Shown: one piece after another, positions 62,296 through 64,000 of the stretch
Position numbering within the stretch: position 1 is the first letter of the stretch
Layout: the number at the start of each line of letters is the position of its first letter
Made by a program: the position numbers and the translations under genes
The notes under the pieces: model-generated
Told to the model about the DNA's origin: nothing
What the model saw: the letters and a program-made list of their open reading frames with translations, nothing else
Database searches by the model: none
Origin: Dimorphilus gyrociliatus
Lineage: Eukaryota > Animalia > Annelida
Direction: 5' to 3'
Assembly: GCA_904063045.1 (NCBI GenBank)
Contig: CAJFCJ010000019.1
Coordinates: 310,001 to 374,000, forward strand
DNA length: 64,000 bases

Positions 62296-62731
62296 TTAAA
62301 ACGGAAGAACACTTCTAGAATCATTGTTCACACCACATAAAATACAGTCCATCTCATAAAATTGACATTCGTCACCGTATTCATCTTGATCCACCCAAAA
62401 GACGTGCGTATGTTCAGCAATGATGTGCAAACAGTTTGGGCATTGATCTAGAAATTTTCGTTTAGCCTTCCTATGTGCCTTTTTTGTTAAGATATACTCA
62501 CGAGTAAACTTTATCGTTTCCTCTCCATCTTCTTCTAGGACGCTTCTTCCTACCTCTACAGGCGGAAGTCTTTCGGAACATTGTCGGCAGGCTAAATAGT
62601 TGAGAACATAGCATCCGGTATCTAGACAAATGCTCTGTGGATTTTGTTAAAAGGTCGTTATTCCATTTTATTAACGAATGATAAAAACTAACACGCTCGG
62701 GTCTTATAACTTTGACGCAGTCAACACACAT
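62296..62731 (-). CDS. CHURC1: Churchill zinc-finger protein, 107 aa, 3 exons (62731-62693, 62634-62502, 62447-62296); not in the ORF track
   Basis: MCVDCVKVIRPER|SICLDTGCYVLNYLACRQC...LEEDGEETIKFT|HQCPNCLHIIAEH...YEMDCILCG...SVLPF; introns of 58 and 54 nt, both GT-AG. Confidence 0.95.
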
Positions 62732-62887
62732 TTTCTAACTTTTTTCACGTCTGTATCCGCAAGACAATTTTTCGCATTATAAACTGGTAGAAGTTTACAA
62801 CTAAACAACACTATCATGTGACTACTACTACCGCACTATTTTGGGATGTTGTTGGATGAATATTAGTCATTAATCCCCTTGATACTT

Positions 62888-63607
62888 ATGGTACCTATTG
62901 CTCCTCCGCCACCCCCTCTTTTGAGTGGGTCTGCTGAAGGAGAGAGGGTCACCAAGGAGTCAAGTAATAACTGGTCCTACGAAAAGGATTTGAGAAGAGC
63001 AAACGATAGAATTTGGAGCTTTTTAGGCCCGAGCTATGACCTATCTGTTATAAAAACTAATTTTCGACTTCAGAATGGGCCTCAATGCGGCTTAGTCGTT
63101 TTGGAGCTGTGTTGTAATTTGGTGGGAAAAAATTTAAATGTCACTGTTGAAGAATTGTTAAGCGAAAGTCAACGCTTGGGTTTTACAAGATATGGTGAAC
63201 TTTTTTCGTGTTACAGCGCATATTCACTTGCAACAAACTATTTAAATCGCGACAGAGTTGAACTAGTGACTGAATTAACTCCTAACAAACAAGAGCAAAT
63301 GCTGAACGGTTTATTTGATAAACGCTGCGTTATTTTGTTTCCTTATGACAAAGGTCCAGATCATGGTCCTGTTATTCGTAAAGGACACTCAGCTCACTGG
63401 TGCTTACTGATTGGTGCTGCCAAGTCACAACGTGATTTATTGGTTCTAGTTAGGCAAGGTAAAAGTAAATGGATGGGTGTGTACAAATGGAATGATATGC
63501 TAGAGAGCAACAGGAATTTGGTAGAATCATCACCGACTCTGACTCGTGACTTTATTACGAAGCCATTTTGCCTAGCAAATACCGCGATTGTAATATATAC
63601 TGTATAA
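62888..63607 (+). CDS. ACTMAP: Actin maturation protease (C19orf54/UPF0692), intronless
   Basis: Pro-rich N-terminus; QNGPQCGLV (catalytic Cys), FTRYGELFS, FPYDK, GHSAHW, RQGKSK. Confidence 0.9.
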   Translation: MVPIAPPPPPLLSGSAEGERVTKESSNNWSYEKDLRRANDRIWSFLGPSYDLSVIKTNFRLQNGPQCGLVVLELCCNLVGKNLNVTVEELLSESQRLGFTRYGELFSCYSAYSLATNYLNRDRVELVTELTPNKQEQMLNGLFDKRCVILFPYDKGPDHGPVIRKGHSAHWCLLIGAAKSQRDLLVLVRQGKSKWMGVYKWNDMLESNRNLVESSPTLTRDFITKPFCLANTAIVIYTV

Positions 63608-63713
63608 CTCATGATAAAAATACGTTATCAGACTGTATTAAACAATACACAAAAAAAGAGAAATGGTATACCAATAATAAACGAACATTCGTCGCTACCA
63701 GATACCCATACTA

Positions 63714-64000
63714 CTATTTAAGACGCCTGTTAAAACGTAAAATCTCTTTCAGTGAATACAATATGCTGTTCATATGTTTTGGTTTACCTTGTACAATTAT
63801 AACATAAGCAACGATGCTGGAGTAGCAGCTAGGAACTTGAAAATTATATAAACAAAATACAAACGCTGAAACAAAATGTGATAAAATTTTCCAATTAATC
63901 ATATTATCTTTTATTGTGAAGGTGGTGGTCCAGGTGGGAGGCCAGGAGGAAGCGGTTCAGTAGGGGGCAATTGAATAGAATCTAAACTTTCCATTGGTTT
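63714..64000 (-). CDS. Probable 3' end of an unidentified gene entering from the right
   Basis: The frame stays open from the window edge (…LPPTEPLPWPPTW…hydrophobic stretch…LRFNRRLK*) and is GC-richer than its flanks; family not recognised. Confidence 0.35.

Noticed and set aside
62498-62731. 77-aa Arg-rich ORF in the track
   Set aside because: It shares the Churchill ATG but reads through intron 1 into the wrong frame.

Overview
Eukaryotic, AT-rich, very gene-dense animal genomic window. It holds about 28 protein-coding genes in 64 kb, most introns are 50-75 nt, and I recognised no transposon, rRNA, tRNA or CRISPR sequence. The gene content (FoxQ2, Churchill, BBS10, UHRF1, 7B2, vasa) and the compaction suggest a miniaturised lophotrochozoan genome such as the annelid Dimorphilus; this is inference only. 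Gene order: globin (last exon), RasGRP, orphan GPCR, FANCM, vasa, BBS10, cytosolic sulfotransferase, PAN/C-type-lectin/TSP1 receptor, FBXW5, PPP1R11, fibrinogen-domain protein, UHRF1-like, PSMA6, SLC35B2, PPCS, MRPL10, TAF1C, TTC9-like, EIF3K, 7B2, FoxQ2, SAYSD1, FRMD8, kinase-less TGF-beta type II receptor-like, PAQR, CHURC1, ACTMAP, and a partial gene. The most striking items are: (1) a UHRF1 that keeps its SRA domain but appears to have lost the RING domain and the key histone-reading residues of both Tudor and PHD; (2) a Wit/BMPR2-type ectodomain plus TM with no kinase, a candidate decoy receptor; (3) a vasa with a roughly 600-aa N-terminus lacking RGG repeats and zinc knuckles, carrying an (EEEY)7 tract; (4) a roughly 1,250-aa tri-modular PAN-CTL-TSP1 receptor; (5) FANCM without its ERCC4/HhH tail; (6) a head-to-head gene pair whose ATGs are 46 bp apart. 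Gene models were spliced by eye from GT/GC-AG sites and family motifs. Human residue numbers are recalled from memory, not aligned computationally.
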